64,000 nt of DNA from Leucoraja erinacea. Taxonomy: Eukaryota. Made by a program: the position numbers and the translations under genes. The stretch's first letter is position 1. Each line of letters opens with the position of its first letter. The stretch covers positions 3,410,001 through 3,474,000 of the forward strand of contig NC_073395.1 in the NCBI RefSeq assembly GCF_028641065.1. Direction: 5' to 3'. Positions 58,361 through 64,000 of this stretch are shown one piece after another. The notes below the pieces were generated by a model. That model had not been told where the DNA came from. It did no database searches and was given only the letters and a program-made list of their open reading frames with translations.

Positions 58361-59031
58361 AAAGCGGCCATGCCTCTTACCAAATATGTTCCATCTGCAG
58401 TCGACGTTCAAATGCAGCACCGGAACAGGCCCTTCGGCCCACCATGTCTATGCCCAGTTATACTAATCTCCTCTGCCTGCACGTGTTCCATATTCCTACA
58501 TTCCCTGCATATACACGTGTCTATCTAAAAGCCTCTATAACGCTACTATGTCTTGTTTGCCGCCACCCTGACACATGTTCCAGGCATTCACCACCCTCTG
58601 AATAACGATGGGAATTTTCTGCATGATGGGAGATTTCTGCACATTGGTGTTCAGCACAGCCCCATCGTGGGCCGAAGGGCCTGTTCCTGTGTTGTATTGT
58701 TCTATGTTCTAATTTAATGTTTACAGTATTTGTAAAATATAGCCCTGGCATCCACAAAGCTCTTGGGTACTTCATTTAAAACCCTGGAATGGATGACATC
58801 TGATCCTGGGGACTTGTCTCTCATTGGTGAGATTATTTTCTTGCCAAAATACTTCAGAACCATGTCATCCATGAATAAGTATATTTAATCGTATAATTAA
58901 TTAGTCAGGTTGTACTTTTCGCTGTGTATCATCTGTTACCATTGCTTTGGATTAAGTACGAGTTTCTAAACGTATTATCCTGTTGCAGGCACAGAGTCAT
59001 GTGTTGATGAAACCACTCTTGTTGCAATAAG

Positions 59032-59662
59032 ATGAAGGCCAGTCCGAGGAGGCCCTTGATTCTGAAGCGGAGGAAACGGCCCCTAACCTTCAGCAGTCCC
59101 GTCGATGCAAAGGACACCGCCAGGGAAGAGCAGGCGTTTGGGAGCCAAGACAAGGCCGTGGGTGGAGATTTTGATACAGCGAACACCTCCCCGAGTAACA
59201 ACATCTTGGGAACGTCACAAAAGAATCCGGCCGCCGTTGTTCAAAAATTTCCAGAAGGGATTCGCATCGTAAACCATCCATCAATACCCGACACCCAAGT
59301 TGTCTTAATTCCAAGAAACGCAGATCTTCAGAGTATCATAGCAGCACTCACCGCAAAGGGCAAGGAAAGTGGCTCCAATGGTCCAAAGAAATTTATCCTC
59401 CTGAGTGGCAATGCAACTTCTTCCCGCCAGAGTCTGCCCTTGGAGAGTAATGATCCTTCCTTAACTCAAGGCAGTTTGTCCAATGTTCCAGAAGGCAGAC
59501 CAAAATCTCTGGAGTTACAGGAAGAAACGGGTGTAAAAGATGGCAAAGTGGCATCCTTGGATGCTGCAAATGGTGTCAGCATCAAGAAGGAGGAATCGTG
59601 CACGCCGCGTGTCCCTGAATCATTGGTATCATCAGCACTGTGTGATCCAGACACCAACACAG
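59032..59662 (+). CDS. FOXM1: Forkhead box M1, first coding exon (N-terminal repressor domain)
   Basis: MKASPRRPLILKRRK (D-box) and FPEGIRIVNHPSIPDTQVVLIPRNADLQSIIAALTAKGKESGSNGPKKFILLS are diagnostic FOXM1 N-terminal blocks; acceptor cctgttgcag| at 58988, donor CAG|gtaaga, phase 1. Confidence 0.95.
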
Positions 59663-62600
59663 GTAAGAAGCATTCCAATGTTGGAGCTGATGGCGATTAG
59701 CTGGGAAGTAAATTCGTTAAAGTAAAGTAAGAGGAAGTCAGACTAAAACACGAATCAACAAGATTCATTCCCCACTTTGAATCAGTCACTGAAAATCTAC
59801 CTCACTTTTATGGTCCATTTTTAGTGTATAGGTTTGGGATATTTACAATTAATCTTTATCTACCATCGTGACAGAATCGATGTGTGAATGCTGTTGTCAG
59901 TGGCCTTAATTCTGTTGACATTATGTAGCAGTTATTAATGTGTGCACAATTTATTCATAATAATCACAACGAGGAATGTCGCTCAGTCTAGCTGCGCCTC
60001 TGTGCTGCCAATTGTAAGCTGTAAACTACCCAAGAGGACTATGTGGTGCTGTGCCTCCAGTTTGAGTGTGGCCTCACTCTAGCTATGGCATCGGCAAGAC
60101 CAAGCGTAGACAAGGCTTCCGTCGTGCTGGACACTTGCACTTGGTCCAATGAGGCCTGTGGGATCTTCCTGTTACTAATCATTTTAACTCTGTCTCATTC
60201 CCATACTGACCTTTCTGTCCGTGGCCTCCTCTGTTGTCAGAGTGGGAGCTCTTGCACCTCAAGATGAAAACGACAAATTATTTTTATTTTTTAATTTGGA
60301 TATATTTAATGAGAAACCAGTATCTGTTTACAGAGGGCATTTGGTGGAAGAACCTTCAAGCCCTGATGAATGGATGGGTTTGTGACCGAGCTAATGTTTG
60401 TTAAATTGTGTTTAAAATTGATAGCACTGGTCAATCTGTAACTTTCACATCAAACCTGGGTATCTGAGGCTTCATGCAGGTAGCCCCCACAGGTGATGCA
60501 CGATGGTAATTTCAAATTAAATTTAAATCTAAAACATTATTTATGGGAATTTTGATTTGGGTTGGTGTCACTGGAAATTGGTGAATTTTCCTGAACTTAT
60601 CAATATAACCAATGTGAGTTCCCAATGTTGGATGGTGTCTAGGGAATCACTCTACCGATAAAACTGCAGATTCTTACTTTGTTTAGCGACTCTGAAAAAA
60701 TTATCTTCCTAAAAGTTTCATTTGGAAGATGCTTAAGATTGATTCGAAACGGTTTGGTTTAGTATATTATGGACACGTGTACTGAGGTACAGTGAAAAGC
60801 TTATGTTTGTTTGATCCAGTCCAAGAAAAGGCGATGCATGATTACAATCAAGCTGTCCACAGTGTACGGGACGAAGGGTGCAACTTTTAGTGCAAGATAA
60901 AGTCTGATTAAAGATAGTTCACGGTCTCCACTGAGGTAGATGGGAGGTCAGGACTGCTCTCTAGCAGGTGAGAAAAAGGTATTCAGTTGCCTGATAACAG
61001 CTGGGAGGAAACTGTCCCTGAAGTATGTGTGTTTTCATACTTCTGTACCTCTTGCCTGATAGAAGAGGGAGCGGCCAAGGTGAGACTGGTCCTTGATTAA
61101 TCTGCTGGCCTTGCCGAGGCAGCGTGAAGGTTCTTTTAATTAACAGTAATATTGTGTGTTTTTTAATTGCTTCGGGAGAAAGGACATCGGCAAAAAGGAT
61201 TGGTCGCCTGCCTTGGGTTGAAGCTGTGATTTCACAAAGTATTTGGGGAATCTCGGGTGGCAGTAATTTTCAATAGCCAATAGGTGCAGGAGCAGACCAC
61301 TTGGCCCTTCGAGCCATTCAATGTGATCATGGCTGATCATTCCTAATCAGTACCCCGTTTCTGCCTTCTCCCCATATCCCCTGACTCCGCTATCTTTAAG
61401 AGCCCTATCTAGCTCTCTTGAATGCATCCAGAGAACCCGCCTCCCACTGCCTTCTGAGGCAGAGAATTGCACAGATTCACCACTCTCTGTGAGAAAAAGT
61501 GGTTTCCTTGTCTCCGTTCTAAATGGCTTACTCCTTATTCTTAAACTATAGCCCCTGGTTCTGGACTCCCCCAACATCGGGAACATGTTTCCTGCCTCTA
61601 GTGTGTCCAAGCCCGTAACAATCTTATACGTTTGTTTCATCCTTCTAAACTCCAGAGTGTACAAGCCCAGCTGCTCCATACTTTCTGCATGCAGTCATTA
61701 AGTCTGTGCTGAATGTTACTGATGAGTCAATGCTGAAAATTGCCCGTCACAACAGGTGCACCTGCAGTTCCCTGTTTAATTGAATTACAGTCACTTGCCT
61801 TCCAAGCTAAACTTGTCTGAACATTTTTGTTTATTGGTCTTTATTTTTCTGTATAATTAAGCTTTGAATTTATAGTCATATAGCACGGAAACAGGCCCTT
61901 CAGCCCACCTCATCCAAACCGACCAAGATGCCCCATCTACGCTCGTCCCACCTGCCTGCATTTTGCCCATATCCCCCTAAACCTTTCCAATCCATGTACC
62001 TGTTCTAGCGCCTCTTAAATATTGTCACCGTACCTTCCTCATCTCTCTCTTCTGGCAGCTCGTTCCGTATACCTACCACCCTCCGAAGAAGCGTTTCGGC
62101 CTGAAACGTTGCTTATTTCCTTCGCTCCATAGGTGCTGCTGCACCCGCTGAGTTTCTCCAGCACTTTTGTCTACCTTTGATTTTCCAGCACCTGTAGTTC
62201 CTTCTTAAACCCTCTTTGAATTATTGAGCTGCTGTTTATTGTGTTCATATGTATATCTATTTAAAAAAAATAATTTTCAAATTCCTGGTGTTCACAAGTT
62301 TCAGGAGTAGAATTAGGCCATTCTGCCCATTGAGTCCACTCCGCCATTTAATCATGGCTGATCTCTGCCTCTTATTCCCATTTTCCTGCCATAACCCTAG
62401 ACACCCGTTCTAATCAAGAATTTGTCCATCTCTGCCTTAAAAATATCCACTGATTTGGCCTCCACAGCCCTCTGTGACAATGAGTTCCACAGATTAACTA
62501 CCCTCTGACTAACGAAGTTCCTCCTCACCTTCTTTCTAAAAGAGCGTCCTTTAATTCTGAGGCTATAACCTCTGGTCCCAGACTCTCCCACCAGTGGAAA

Positions 62601-63109
62601 CACCCTCGCCACATCCACTCCATCTATGCCTTTCATTATTCTGTACGTTTCAATGAGGCCCCCCCCCCCCCCCCCTCAACCTTCTAAACTCCAGCAAGCA
62701 CAGGCCCAGTGTCGTCAAACGCTCATCATGCGCTGACCCATTCATTCCTGAATCATTCTTGTAAATCTTTTAAAAGTGTAACTTTTTTGCTTTTTCTAAG
62801 CAGCCCTGCTCATTGACAGAGGGAAAGGGTGTTTGGTGGTCATAGTGGTTTCAGAACAACCCACATTCCCATGGCCAGTTGCCTGGTTTCCTACCTCGGT
62901 GAATAACTAAAGCAGCAACACTGTTAGCTCCACGGGATCCCTAAGTCCTCAGGAGTTTGTGTGTCTGGTTAACGGGGTGGCAGAGGCAGACGCTAGGCAC
63001 GTGCTGTGTCAAAGATGACATGACTGACCCACTGATAAATATTAAGTACAGGAGAGATGCTGCCAAATTATGTTGTGTGAAAGCTCTGCTGCTAATGTCT
63101 TTGCCTCAG

Positions 63110-63255
63110 CACCTGCAGCTACTGACCGCCTTCTGGATGACAGCCTGACCAACATCCAATGGCTGGGAAAGATGAGCACAGATGGACTGGGAGCTTGCCA
63201 CGTGAAGGACGAGGCCGAGAAAGAGAACAAAGAGCCTGCCCCACAGGGGCCCACA
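63110..63255 (+). CDS. FOXM1: FOXM1 second coding exon (LDDSLTNIQWLGKM, KEN box); gene continues beyond the window
   Basis: ctttgcctcag| acceptor (alternative in-frame acceptor at 63118), ACA|gtaagt donor, phase 1-0; SLTNIQWL and EKENK motifs. Confidence 0.92.
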
Positions 63256-64000
63256 GTAAGTGCCTGGCCAATCTGCGGAACTCATTGCCACAGCCGGCTG
63301 TGGAGGCCAAGTCAATGGATATTTTTAAGACAGATTTGACAGCTGCTTGATTAGTACGGGTGTCGGGGATTCTGGGGAGAGGGTGAGATATCAGCCATGA
63401 TAGAATGGGGGTGTTTAAGAAGAAACTGCAGATGCTGGAAAATCGAAGTTACACAAAAAAGCTGGAGAAACTCAGTGGGTGCAGCAGCATCTATGGAGCG
63501 AAGGAAATAGGCAATGTTTCAGGCCGAAACCCGGAAGGAAATAGGCAACATTTTGTGCCGAAACCGTAAGGGTTTCGGCCCGAAACGTTGCCTATTTCCT
63601 GCGCTCCATAGATGCTGCTGCACTTGCTGAGTTTCTCCAGCATTTTTGTGTACCTTCGATTTTCCAGCATCTGCAGTGAGGTAGGTTGGAAGACCGAAGG
63701 TAGACAAAAATGCTGGAGAAATTTGCAGGTGAGGCATGTAGGGCGAGAGGTTGGAAGACCAGGCCTTTGGAACAAATATTATATGGGCGATTTTGGGGTC
63801 AAGTCAGACTTTACCTTTTGATTCACTAGTTATCAGGTCAGGTCGGGGGTTGTTTCTCCTCCCCCCGCGACGGGTACCATGTAATCCCATGCTACCTGTT
63901 CCATGGTCGATAGTCGGCGACTAAACCGTCTTCCCCCACCTGGTTTGCCAGGTGAGGACGAGGCTGCGGACCCCCAGCAGGACCTGCCAAAGGGCGGATG

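Noticed and set aside
63840-64000. GC-rich stretch at the window end within a FOXM1 intron
   Set aside because: No FOXM1 forkhead-exon reading frame found; probably the start of a repeat, cannot be classified from the truncated sequence

Overview
Repeat-rich vertebrate genomic DNA, not prokaryotic. The CR1, V-SINE and Penelope-derived repeat content suggests a cartilaginous fish such as a skate or ray (inference). Splice sites and reading frames were read manually and give four protein-coding genes. (1) A complete minus-strand secreted dermatopontin / hemagglutinin-amebocyte-aggregation-factor (HAAF)-like gene (ATG 15555, stop 2009) with a TATA box and tandemly duplicated 30-nt microexons. 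(2) A complete minus-strand TULP3 (ATG 44591, stop 20273; 11 canonical exons plus an extra in-frame 129-nt exon). (3) A complete minus-strand RHNO1 CDS (52663-50279). (4) The 5' part of plus-strand FOXM1 (ATG 59032), which shares a bidirectional CCAAT/CHR CpG-island promoter with RHNO1. The FOXM1-RHNO1-TULP3 order matches human 12p13.33. Most ORFs in the supplied track are repeat-derived noise. The most notable observations are a 43-nt antisense copy of the TULP3 exon-8 acceptor in intron 9 (candidate RNA-structure splicing switch), many TSD-flanked hairpin retro-insertions carrying minimal hammerhead-ribozyme cores, microexon duplication in the dermatopontin-like gene, a recursive-splice-like UTR microexon in RHNO1, and stacked uORFs abutting the FOXM1 start. 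Comparisons with human proteins are from memory, not from database searches.
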